This document shows positions 51,221 to 60,360 of a DNA stretch of 64,000 nt, piece by piece (positions within the stretch are counted from its first letter, which is position 1; each line of letters begins with the position of its first letter). Source of the DNA: Deltaproteobacteria bacterium (GTDB lineage: Bacteria; Myxococcota; Kuafuiibacteriia; Kuafuiibacteriales; Kuafuiibacteriaceae). The notes under the pieces are model-generated. The model was not told the origin of the DNA, searched no databases, and saw only the letters and a list, made by a program, of their open reading frames with translations. The translations under genes were made by a program, and so were the position numbers. The DNA is taken from contig JAVJQW010000062.1 in the NCBI GenBank assembly GCA_040218735.1, positions 320,001 to 384,000 of the forward strand. The letters run 5' to 3'.

Positions 51221-52039
51221 TCAGCGCCGCCCGTCGAGCGCGCGCACGTACTTCACGATCCCCGCGCCCAGCGCCCGGCCCGCCGCCTTCTGCCCGCGCG
51301 CCGTCGCCAGATACGATCCCTGCTTCGCGTTCGACAGGTACCCCAGCTCCACCAGCGCCGCCGCCATGCGCGAGCGCTTCAGCACCTTGAACGGCGCCTG
51401 CCGCAGCCCGCGGCTCGGGCGTAGGCCCCCCACGCGCCCGAGCTGATCCTGGATCCGCTTCGCCAGCCGCGCGCTCTCGCGGTGCGCGACCGAGCGCGCG
51501 AGGTCCGCCAGGATGAAGTCCACGTCGCCGCCCGCCGTGTTCCCGCCGCCGAACGACTCCTCGTTCAGGAAGCGCCCCTCTTCCTCGCCGCCCTCCTCCA
51601 GATGCAGGAGCGCCGAGGCGTCCTCGTCCGAGGCCTCCGCGGAGAGCACGTACGTCTCACAGCCGCGCCGCTGCGGGACCGGCGCGTAGTTCGCGTGGAT
51701 CGAGACAAACGCCGTCGCCCCCACGTCGTTCGCGAGCGACGCGCGACGCGACAGGCCGACGTTCACGTCCGTCGTCCGCGTCATCACCACGCGCACCCCC
51801 TTCGACTCGAGGTACCGCTTCGCGTGCCGCGCCACGCCCAGCACGATCGTCTTCTCCGGTATGCCCGTCGGCGTCCGCGTCCCCGTCGCGCCGCCGCCGT
51901 GCCCTGCGTCGATCACCACGACCGGCGCCGCGGCCTCCGCGATCGCGGGGAGCAGCACGGCTGTGAGCGCAGCGACCGCGAATCGCGTCGCCGCCCGCCT
52001 CCGTACCCGCTCTCGCGAGCTCCCGATCACTTCGACCAC
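51221..52039 (-). CDS. N-acetylmuramoyl-L-alanine amidase (Amidase_3)
   Basis: VVIDAGHGG, EK, FVSIHAN, LVELGY; signal peptide; no AMIN domain. Confidence 0.92.
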   Translation of the reverse strand: MVEVIGSSRERVRRRAATRFAVAALTAVLLPAIAEAAAPVVVIDAGHGGGATGTRTPTGIPEKTIVLGVARHAKRYLESKGVRVVMTRTTDVNVGLSRRASLANDVGATAFVSIHANYAPVPQRRGCETYVLSAEASDEDASALLHLEEGGEEEGRFLNEESFGGGNTAGGDVDFILADLARSVAHRESARLAKRIQDQLGRVGGLRPSRGLRQAPFKVLKRSRMAAALVELGYLSNAKQGSYLATARGQKAAGRALGAGIVKYVRALDGRR

Positions 52040-53796
52040 GCCTCGGAGATCGTCGCGTCGATCTCCATCGGGACGCGCTTCACGAACTCCGCGCCCGCCG
52101 ACTTCATCTCGCGCACCAGGATGTCACGCGCCGCTTCGGCGTCGCCCTCGGCGGCCTCCACGACCAGCTCGTCGTGGACCATGTTCACCAGGAACGCGTC
52201 GACGCCCGCCTCCTTGAACGCCGGCACCACCCGCGCCATCGCGAGTTTGATGATGTCCGCGTTGGTGCCCTGCACGGGCATGTTCTTCGCGACGCGCACG
52301 ACCGTGTGCTCCTCGCGACCGTCGCGCCGCATGTCGAGCAGCCAGAAGCGCCGCCCCGACATCGTCTCCGCGTAGCCTCGCCGGATGGCCTCGCGCGCGG
52401 AGCTCTCCAGGTAGCCGCGGATCTTCGGGAACGAGCGGAAGTACGCGTCCAACAGGCGCTCGCCCTCCTGCACGTTCACGTCGAGCTGCCGCGCCAGCCC
52501 CGCCGCGCCCATCCCGTACGCCAACCCGAAGTTGATCGCCTTCGCGCGCGCGCGCAGATCCGGGTTCTCGGTCTTCGACACCGGCTTTCGGAACAACCGC
52601 GACGCGACCGTCGCGTGCAGGTCCTCCCCGCGCAGGAAGGTGTCGCGGAAGACCGGGTCCTTCGACAGCTCCGCGATGATCCGCAGCTCGGCCCCGGAGT
52701 AGTCCGCCGTGATGATCTTGCGCCCCTCGGGCGCCGCAAAACACGCCCGGAACTCGGAGCCCGACGGGATGTTCTGCAGGTTCGGCTCCGCACACGAAGC
52801 GCGCCCCGTGCTCGCCCCGACCGAACGGAAGCGCGGGTGCAGCCGCCCCGTCTTGGAGTGCACGTGCGCCAAGAAGGCGTCCCCGTACGTCGACACCGTC
52901 TTCTGCTGCTCGCGGTACTCGGCGAGCTTCATCGCCGCCGGGTGCCCGGTCGCCACCAGCACCTCGCGCCGTGTCGTCGTCAGCTTCACACCGAGCTTCT
53001 CGAGCGCGGAGAGGACCTCGTCGTCGCTGTCGTAGTTGAGCGTCGTCCCGCCGAACAGGTCGCGGTCGGCGACCTCCCAGAACTCGCGATCCAGCTCCTT
53101 CCTCGCCGCCGCGCTCCCGGTGCGCGCGCCGTCGAGCTGCTTCGACCACGCCTCGGTGTCGATCGCGATGCCCCGCAGCTCCATCTGCGCGAACCCGATC
53201 GACGCCGCCCCCTCCAACGCCGCGACCCGCACCAGCTTGTCGCGCTCGATCTGCGGGAGCTGCTCGGCGAAGACCTTCCAGGTGGCCTCCACGTCGCGCG
53301 CCGCGTAGTACAGCTCCGCCTCCGACAGCTCGTCGACGGACGACAGCCCGTAGAAGCCTTGGCGGATCGACTTGTCGAGCTCCATGCCCGCGTAGCGCTC
53401 CGCGAGGGTCTTCAGCGCGAAGCCCTGCATCACCACGTCCGACTTGCGACCGTTTCGCAGCAGCTTCTCCGTAGACTGCGTGTCTGCGATCCGCGCGTGC
53501 TGTAGGCCCAGGGCGTCGCCGTAGTAGTTCCACAGCATCTTCAGGTCGAATGTGGCGTTGTGCATCACCACGATCCGATCCGGCCTAAAGATCGGCGCGA
53601 GGTGGTGCGCCTCCACCGCGTTCGCCGCCACGAGGGCCTGCTCGGTCGCCGTCCCGAACTGAATCAGCAGGAGGTTGTCGTTGTGGGGGTCGAGCCCGGA
53701 CGTCTCCGTGTCCAACGCGATGAACGGCGCGGATCCTATCGTCTCCAGGAAACGGGCGACCTCGGCGGGGTCCTTGATGACGTCGACTTCCGACAC
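52027..53796 (-). CDS. family A DNA polymerase with 3'-5' exonuclease and no 5'-3' nuclease domain
   Basis: ExoI DTET, ExoII HNATFD, ExoIII YAARD; TGR.S..EPNLQNIP, motif A DYSGAELR, motif B RARAKAINFGLAYG, motif C VHDEL. Confidence 0.93.
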   Translation of the reverse strand: MSEVDVIKDPAEVARFLETIGSAPFIALDTETSGLDPHNDNLLLIQFGTATEQALVAANAVEAHHLAPIFRPDRIVVMHNATFDLKMLWNYYGDALGLQHARIADTQSTEKLLRNGRKSDVVMQGFALKTLAERYAGMELDKSIRQGFYGLSSVDELSEAELYYAARDVEATWKVFAEQLPQIERDKLVRVAALEGAASIGFAQMELRGIAIDTEAWSKQLDGARTGSAAARKELDREFWEVADRDLFGGTTLNYDSDDEVLSALEKLGVKLTTTRREVLVATGHPAAMKLAEYREQQKTVSTYGDAFLAHVHSKTGRLHPRFRSVGASTGRASCAEPNLQNIPSGSEFRACFAAPEGRKIITADYSGAELRIIAELSKDPVFRDTFLRGEDLHATVASRLFRKPVSKTENPDLRARAKAINFGLAYGMGAAGLARQLDVNVQEGERLLDAYFRSFPKIRGYLESSAREAIRRGYAETMSGRRFWLLDMRRDGREEHTVVRVAKNMPVQGTNADIIKLAMARVVPAFKEAGVDAFLVNMVHDELVVEAAEGDAEAARDILVREMKSAGAEFVKRVPMEIDATISEAWSK

Positions 53797-53912
53797 GGCG
53801 GTTCTCGCCCAGAGCAGCCCGGTCCGGGCCACTCGGTCAACGCGTATCCTCGCGAAAATCGTTGGGGCCCTTTCACAAAAATTTTTAGGGCCGCTAACCT
53901 CCGGTCGGTCGC

Positions 53913-55448
53913 ATGGCGAAGCGCATCATCGGCATCGATCTCGGGACGACGAACTCCTGCGCGGCCGTCGTCGAGGGCGATGACCAGAAGGTGAAGCTCA
54001 TCCCGTACCGGGGCGGGGAGTACACGATCCCGTCGATCTTCGCCGTCGACGACAAGGGCAACGAGCTCGTCGGCCACGACGCCAAGCGTCAGTGGCAGCT
54101 CAACCCGAAGAACACCATCTACGGCTCCAAACGCCTCATGGGTAAGGAGTACGACGTCGAAACGGCGAAGAAGATCCGCGATCACTTCGTCTACCAGGTC
54201 CACGAGCAGCCCGAGACCGCGGAGGTCCTGGTCGAGGTCAACCGCGTCCGGCTCGGCCTCCCGCAGGTCGCCGCGAAGATCCTGCAGAAGATCCGCGACG
54301 TCGCCGCCGACTACCTCCAGGCGCCGGTCGAAAAGGCCGTCGTCACGGTGCCCGCATACTTCAACGACCGGCAGCGTCAGGCCGTGAAGGAAGCCGGCCA
54401 GATCATCGGCCTCGACATCCTCCGCATCATCAACGAGCCGACCGCGGCCGCCCTCGCCTTCGGCGTCGGACGCGGCCTCGAGAAGGAGACGATGGCGATC
54501 TTCGATCTCGGCGGCGGTACGTTCGACATCTCGGTGATCGAGATCCGCGACCGCGTCTTCGAGGTGAAGGCGACGGGCGGCGACATCTTCCTGGGCGGCG
54601 TCGACTTCGACAACCGCATCATCGACTGGGTCATCGAGAGCTTCTCGGCCGCGCACCCCGGCGTGGATCTGCGCCAGGACCCGATCGCGATGCAGCGGAT
54701 CAAGGACCTCGCCGAGCGCTCCAAGATCGATCTCACGGACCGCCAGGAGTGCGCGTTCAACATCCCGTTCATCACGATGACGCCGGAGGGCCAGCCCCTC
54801 GACGTCGACCTCAAGCTCACGCGTCACATCCTCGAGACCCGCACGCAGGATCTCGTGGACCGCACCATCAAGACCTGTCGCCGCGTCTGCGAGGACGCGC
54901 AGACGACACCGGACGCGATCGACCACGTGCTCCTCGTCGGCGGCATGACGCGGATGCCCGCGGTGCAGAAGGCGGTGTCCGGGTTCTTCGGCAAACAGCC
55001 GAGCAAACAGGTCAACCCGGACGAGGCGGTCGCGATCGGCGCGGCGATGTTCGCGTACTCGCTGGAGGACAACTCGGACCTGAAGGTCCAGCTCCTCGAC
55101 GTCATCCCGATGGCGATCGGCATCGAGAACGCACGCGGCGAGCTGCACGAGATCTTCCCGCGCCAGGAGGCGGTCCCGAACATGAAGTCGCTCTCGTTCA
55201 CGACGAGCGCCGACAACCAGCAGGACCTCCAGATGCGCATCTTCCAGGGCGATCAGCCGATGGCGCGCGACAACGAGGCGCTCGGGGAGTTCACGTTCTC
55301 GGGCATCCGCCTCGCGCCGGCCGGCCAGGTCCGCGTGCAGGTCACGTTCTCGCTCACGCAGGACGGCATCCTCTCCATGTCCGCGAAGGACGAGGACACC
55401 GGGGCGGAGATGAAGACGACCGTGAAGCTCGGCGCGCGGACGTACTGA
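53913..55448 (+). CDS. second Hsp70/DnaK-family protein lacking the C-terminal lid
   Basis: GIDLGTTNS, TVPAYFND, INEPTAAA, DLGGGTFDIS, LVGGMTRMP; 511 aa. Confidence 0.93.
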   Translation: MAKRIIGIDLGTTNSCAAVVEGDDQKVKLIPYRGGEYTIPSIFAVDDKGNELVGHDAKRQWQLNPKNTIYGSKRLMGKEYDVETAKKIRDHFVYQVHEQPETAEVLVEVNRVRLGLPQVAAKILQKIRDVAADYLQAPVEKAVVTVPAYFNDRQRQAVKEAGQIIGLDILRIINEPTAAALAFGVGRGLEKETMAIFDLGGGTFDISVIEIRDRVFEVKATGGDIFLGGVDFDNRIIDWVIESFSAAHPGVDLRQDPIAMQRIKDLAERSKIDLTDRQECAFNIPFITMTPEGQPLDVDLKLTRHILETRTQDLVDRTIKTCRRVCEDAQTTPDAIDHVLLVGGMTRMPAVQKAVSGFFGKQPSKQVNPDEAVAIGAAMFAYSLEDNSDLKVQLLDVIPMAIGIENARGELHEIFPRQEAVPNMKSLSFTTSADNQQDLQMRIFQGDQPMARDNEALGEFTFSGIRLAPAGQVRVQVTFSLTQDGILSMSAKDEDTGAEMKTTVKLGARTY

Positions 55449-55573
55449 CGCCTGCGTTCTTCGGTCCGCATGTTTCAGGGCAACGCCGCAGCCTGCCTGC
55501 GGACAAACGTCCGCACTCGACACCGATTCCGTACGACCCGCGGGCGGTACGCGACTTGGATGAATGGCCGACG

Positions 55574-56848
55574 ATGAAGCTGTATGGGCTCTACGTGATT
55601 CCCTGCTGCGCGCTGTTCGCGTGCAGCGGCGCCTCCGAGGTCGCGGGCCTCGAGCGCGACGCCGGCGTCGACACCGCGCGGGACGCCGGTGAAGGTGTAC
55701 GCGACGGCGGCGCCCCGGTCGACGCGGGCCTCACCGACGCGGGCGGCGAAGCGGGCGGCGACGCGGGCACCGCGCGCGACGGCGGTGCGATTCGCGACGC
55801 CGGTGAAGGACGCGACGGCGGCGGCTCGTTCCTGAGCGACTGGTTCGCCAACTACAACGAGGGCCAGGGCACGGACTACCTGAGCGCCCCGTACACGACG
55901 AACGTCGGCGGCGACCCGCGCTACCCGAACGTCGCGCACACGCACTACGAGGACGTCCCGTACGGCCCCTTCCCCAGGAACGCGCTCGACTTCTGGCAGG
56001 CCGACACCTCGACGCCCGCGCCGGTGATCGTGTTCATCCACGGCGGCGGCTTTCAGGGCGGCAGCCGCGATCAGGTCCACGCCAACGGCATCCTCGTCCC
56101 GTCGCTCTTGAGCCAGGGCATCTCGTTCGCGGCGATCAGCTACCGCTGGGCCTACCGCGATCCCGACGCCGCGTTGATGGCGCCCATCCCCAACGACATC
56201 GGCACGGAGCACGACGTCAACGGCACCCGCCTCGACTACATCCTCCGCGACTGCGCGCGCGCCATTCAGTATATTCGCTACCGCGCGGCGGAGTGGAACG
56301 TGGATCCGGATCGCATCGCGGCCTACGGTGGCTCGGCCGGTGCGGGCTGCGCGACGTGGACGGCGGCGGTCGAGGACCTCGCGGTGCCGGACCACGCCGA
56401 CCCGGTGCTGCGCGAATCGACGAGCCTGTGGGCGTTCGGGCACACCAACGGGCAGGTCTCCTACGACTTCCTGCGCTGGGCGCCGCTGCTGATGATGGAC
56501 GAGGCGTTCGTGCGCGATCAGGTCGGCACGGAGATCGTGCGCCTCACGCAGACGAGCATCGCCGACATGGAGAACACCCCGGAGGGCCAGGCGCTGCGGC
56601 GCGTGCTCGACTACTACGAATGGCTCGACGGCGACGACCCGCCGTTCATCACGCAGAACCAGAACGCGGATCTCGACGAGGCGATGATCACCGACCGCAG
56701 CCAGGTCATCCACCACCCGCGCGGGCACGTCGCGCTGTACCGTCGCTGCCAGGACGAAGGCGGCACTTGTGAGATCAACACCCGCATCGAGCGCTCGGCG
56801 TATCGCGGTAACGTCATCCAGTACCTCGTCCAGCAGCTGACCCGCTGA
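55574..56848 (+). CDS. lipoprotein carboxylesterase (HSL-like alpha/beta hydrolase)
   Basis: Lipobox LFAC, RDAG/RDGG linker, IHGGGF, GGSAGA, IHHP. Confidence 0.85.
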   Translation: MKLYGLYVIPCCALFACSGASEVAGLERDAGVDTARDAGEGVRDGGAPVDAGLTDAGGEAGGDAGTARDGGAIRDAGEGRDGGGSFLSDWFANYNEGQGTDYLSAPYTTNVGGDPRYPNVAHTHYEDVPYGPFPRNALDFWQADTSTPAPVIVFIHGGGFQGGSRDQVHANGILVPSLLSQGISFAAISYRWAYRDPDAALMAPIPNDIGTEHDVNGTRLDYILRDCARAIQYIRYRAAEWNVDPDRIAAYGGSAGAGCATWTAAVEDLAVPDHADPVLRESTSLWAFGHTNGQVSYDFLRWAPLLMMDEAFVRDQVGTEIVRLTQTSIADMENTPEGQALRRVLDYYEWLDGDDPPFITQNQNADLDEAMITDRSQVIHHPRGHVALYRRCQDEGGTCEINTRIERSAYRGNVIQYLVQQLTR

Positions 56849-56888
56849 CACGAGCCCACCTCGACAGCGGCGACGGGACGCGCTCTAT

Positions 56889-57410
56889 ATGCGCGTCATG
56901 AGCAACGACGATCAGACCGACAACCCCGTCCAGGTGAGGAAGCCGCTCCGGCGCGAGAACTCGAACGTCGACTTCGTGCAGCGCGGCGGCGAGGTCAAAG
57001 TGATCGTGACGCAGGCCTTCGGCCCCAACGGCGACAGCCTGATCGGCGTGAGCGACGTGACCTTCGACGGCCACCCCGCCCTCACGCTGAAGGTCCGCGC
57101 CGGCGACCGCGAGGGCCTCGTCCACCTCAGCCCGATCCACGGCGACCCCCGCAAGTCCGGCTTCACCGACATCGCGATCGGCACCAAGTGCGAGCTGCTC
57201 TGCCCCACCTCCGGCGACCCGCTCCCGAAGCTCCCCGCCGTCCCCGGCGACGAGGGCACGACCTACTACGGCATCTACCTCACGCCCGACTGCTCGGAGC
57301 GCGCCATGGCCGGCATCAGCGACATCTGGGGCCACTACCACTCGCGCGTCGTCGACAACTACGAGCTGATCTCCACGTGGATGGACGCGGAGGCGAAGCT
57401 CGGAGGTTAG
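56889..57410 (+). CDS. hypothetical protein
   Basis: Clean GC3-biased ORF with globular composition. Confidence 0.75.
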   Translation: MRVMSNDDQTDNPVQVRKPLRRENSNVDFVQRGGEVKVIVTQAFGPNGDSLIGVSDVTFDGHPALTLKVRAGDREGLVHLSPIHGDPRKSGFTDIAIGTKCELLCPTSGDPLPKLPAVPGDEGTTYYGIYLTPDCSERAMAGISDIWGHYHSRVVDNYELISTWMDAEAKLGG

Positions 57411-58044
57411 ATCCAATGCCGTTGACTCTAGCGGAGCTGGTCTGCCGGGAATGGACGGGGCGTGACGCGCCCGACTCACCTTGGAACGATCGCCCTACGC
57501 TGGAGTGCCCCGCCGGCCCGCGCGGTCCGCGCTCCATGTAGGCAGGAGGACGGCGGGTCGGCTCCGCTCGCTGGTCGGAGGCACTCGCAATGCTCCCCAT
57601 GTAGCGCTCGCGGCGCGGTCATCCCCCAGGTGGATCTTCGTGGCCTCGGACGCGAGTAACCCAAGCCGCCTTCGACGCGTTCACGAGGCCACTGGAATCA
57701 GCGTCGGATGATTGCGCCGGCGGCGGTCGACGGCTGCGATGGACCGGTGAGGTTCGCCGGCCCGTAAGAGGGGATGGGTGGCCGGTTGCGCAAGTTGAGT
57801 TGCGGAAGAATCTTCTTTCTTACTTTTGGGGTTGACGGAATCAACGGCCCTGTCCTGGCCATCTCCTCGACGAACACAGTCCGTTTCGAAGTTTTCGAGC
57901 TTGGACCCGTCTTCGGGCGCTGACGGTCAGTATTGCGCGTCCTCGCGGTTCCCAGACCGTCATCCTCGAGGCCTGCCAAATCGCGTTTCGAGGGCTCGAT
58001 GATACCTTCGATGCATGAGCCCGAACGCTTGCAAGCTGTCTTGC

Positions 58045-58731
58045 ATGACCCAAAACGATCTCGACGACAACGCCCACAGCCTCGTCGAGCAGGCGAAAAA
58101 CAAGTCCAAGGCCGAGGTCGAGATGCTGGTCGCTACCGAGTTCCCCGGCGCGAAGAGCTGCGAAGATTGCGTCGAGGCGGCGACGCCCGACACGTTCGCT
58201 CTTCACTTCGATGGGAGCGCCGAAGCGAAGGCGCTCTTGGATCGTGCCAAGGAGCTCACCCCGCCCGGGACCGACATCGGGGAGATCTTCGAAGCGGCGC
58301 TCGCGCTCTACGTGGACAAGCTGGAGAAGAGGAAGAACGGGAAGACGAGCCGTCCGCGATCGAAACCCGCCGAGGATGCGCCAGCGGGCGCAGCGTACGT
58401 CCCGGCGGCAACGCGGCGTGCGGTGGTCGAGCGCGACGGCGCCCAGTGCACGTACGTGAGCCCGGACGGTCGGCGATGCAGCGAACGGTCGAACCTCGAA
58501 TTCGATCATGTCGGCGGACGCGCGCTGGGCGCCAAGAGCGTGGTCGGGGAGTTGCGATTACTGTGTCGCGCGCACAACCTTCACGCGGCGAGCGAAGTGT
58601 TGGGTCGCGCCTTCGTCGCCCGAAGGATTCACGAGCGCCGCTCCACCCAGACCAGGCCAGGCTCGGGTCTCGAGCCTCCTCGGCGTGAAGCGCATCCAGC
58701 GCCACGCGCACGCGCGGAGGGCGGCACGTGA
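58045..58731 (+). CDS. HNH endonuclease-like protein, probably truncated or degenerate
   Basis: YVPAATRRAVVERDGAQCTYVSPDGRRC...LEFDH...LRLLCRAHN. Confidence 0.7.
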   Translation: MTQNDLDDNAHSLVEQAKNKSKAEVEMLVATEFPGAKSCEDCVEAATPDTFALHFDGSAEAKALLDRAKELTPPGTDIGEIFEAALALYVDKLEKRKNGKTSRPRSKPAEDAPAGAAYVPAATRRAVVERDGAQCTYVSPDGRRCSERSNLEFDHVGGRALGAKSVVGELRLLCRAHNLHAASEVLGRAFVARRIHERRSTQTRPGSGLEPPRREAHPAPRARAEGGT

Positions 58732-58926
58732 CCAGCCGGTGTTCGAGAGCGCGGCCCTCCTTCGGAGCACTGGGCTCCGCGGCCCCCCGCCTTCACCAGC
58801 CCGGCGAAACCGCGGACGAGGGACGCGGCGCTCCGCGGCGCCGGCGCGCTGACCTACGTCGAGGCGCCCCTCGGCGCCCGTTGGGGGCCCGAGGCAGGCA
58901 CGTCCGCTAAGCGAACGGCAGTGCCT

Positions 58927-60360
58927 CTAACCCCGGTCGCCGAGGTCGGGCGTCGGCTCCAGGCCGAAGAACCGCATCAACGACATCCCCGGGATGGCTT
59001 CGTCGTTGTCGCGGATCATCTCGATCAGGCGCGGCTCGAGCTCGCCGTCGATGCGCTCCTGGACGTCCTCGCGGAGGCCTTCCATCTGGCTCGGCGAGAA
59101 GTGGATGTCCGAGCGCATCGCGACCTGGGGCTCCGCGAGCACCGCGATGAGCAGGCCGAGCGCGCGCACGCCGTCCACGGCGTCTTCCGGGCCGAGGCGA
59201 TACTGAAGCGAAACCTGGCCGCCCGGCTGCAGGCTGAATTGCGAGAGGTCCATGCGCGCCAGGATGGCGTCGGACTCGCCGGCCTTCGTGATGCCGACCG
59301 GCTCGCTGAAGTCGACGTTGATGCGGTCGAGCCGCAGCTCGGAGAAGGCGCCCGCGAGGCGCGCGTCGAAGTCGACGCGCGTGCCCGCCGCGATGTTCGC
59401 CTCGCTCCCGGTCTCACCGAGAGGCAACGTCACGTCGTCGGGGACCGTGAAGCCGAACCCGAAGCGCGGCGCCGACGCCGAACCGGAGCGCGACGCCTCC
59501 GACGCCGTGCCGGAGAACAGATCGACGACCTGCTGCAGGCGCGTCTCCAGCTCGGGATCCGAGAAGGGATCGTAGCCGGGCTCCTGCATCGCCGCCGGCA
59601 TCCGCGGGCGCATGTGCTTGTCCGCCAGCGAGCTGATCGAGTTTTCGTACCAGCTGTCGAGACCGAACCCCTCCGCGTCCGCGGAGAAGGTGCCCGTGTG
59701 GAAGTCGAAGCGGATCGAACGCACCGTCGGATCCGGCGCCCAGTCCGCGCGCCACTGCACGGAAGGCGTCGCGACGATCGAGAAGCCGCCGCGATCGATC
59801 CGCACCTGCAGCCGCGTCCCCGGCGGGGCCTCCAGGCCCGTGCCGTCGGGGCCCGGCACCAAGCCCTCGTCCAGGGTGATGGAGAACGACGCGTAGCGAA
59901 GGCGACTCAGCACCTGTTCGCGGGTCAGGCCCGGCGCGAACGTCTCGCCGATCTCCGCCAGCGCGGCGGAGAAGGTCTCGACCTCGTTGCCCTGCGGCGG
60001 GGCCTCGGCGACCTGCTCGATCCGCGGACCGGGGTTTTGCGTCGGCGACGAACCCGGCACGCCGATCAGCGCGCCCATCATCGCCGCGGTGACCCCGAGC
60101 CGAACCGCGCGCCCGAAGCGGCTCGCACCGTCGGCGCGGAAGAAGAACCGCGAGCGCTTCGGCGCCTTCTTCGGCGAGGGCGCATCCGGGGCCTTCAGCT
60201 TCGGCGTCGCATCGGTACGCGACGCGTCATCGACACGCGCGATAGGCTTGACGCCGCCCTGGATGCGATTGGCCGACTGCAAGGGTTCGCCAGGAGTTAT
60301 CGGCTTCGATCCCCCTGAAGTTGCTCGGCCTTTCGACCGGCGGCGTATACCCCCGGTCAT
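58927..60360 (-). CDS. hypothetical protein with basic N-terminus, one hydrophobic segment and beta-rich body
   Basis: ATGA overlap with the deaminase stop; host-like codon usage; the ORF-track extension to 61173 is a shadow. Confidence 0.7.
   Translation of the reverse strand: MTGGIRRRSKGRATSGGSKPITPGEPLQSANRIQGGVKPIARVDDASRTDATPKLKAPDAPSPKKAPKRSRFFFRADGASRFGRAVRLGVTAAMMGALIGVPGSSPTQNPGPRIEQVAEAPPQGNEVETFSAALAEIGETFAPGLTREQVLSRLRYASFSITLDEGLVPGPDGTGLEAPPGTRLQVRIDRGGFSIVATPSVQWRADWAPDPTVRSIRFDFHTGTFSADAEGFGLDSWYENSISSLADKHMRPRMPAAMQEPGYDPFSDPELETRLQQVVDLFSGTASEASRSGSASAPRFGFGFTVPDDVTLPLGETGSEANIAAGTRVDFDARLAGAFSELRLDRINVDFSEPVGITKAGESDAILARMDLSQFSLQPGGQVSLQYRLGPEDAVDGVRALGLLIAVLAEPQVAMRSDIHFSPSQMEGLREDVQERIDGELEPRLIEMIRDNDEAIPGMSLMRFFGLEPTPDLGDRG

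Noticed and set aside
52027-53796. Prophage signalled by polymerase plus amidase
   Set aside because: No phage structural, terminase, primase or integrase genes; the amidase has a signal peptide and looks cellular
57406-57430. GTTAGAT as an integron attC core site
   Set aside because: No matching inverse core at a suitable distance, no cassette array and no integron integrase
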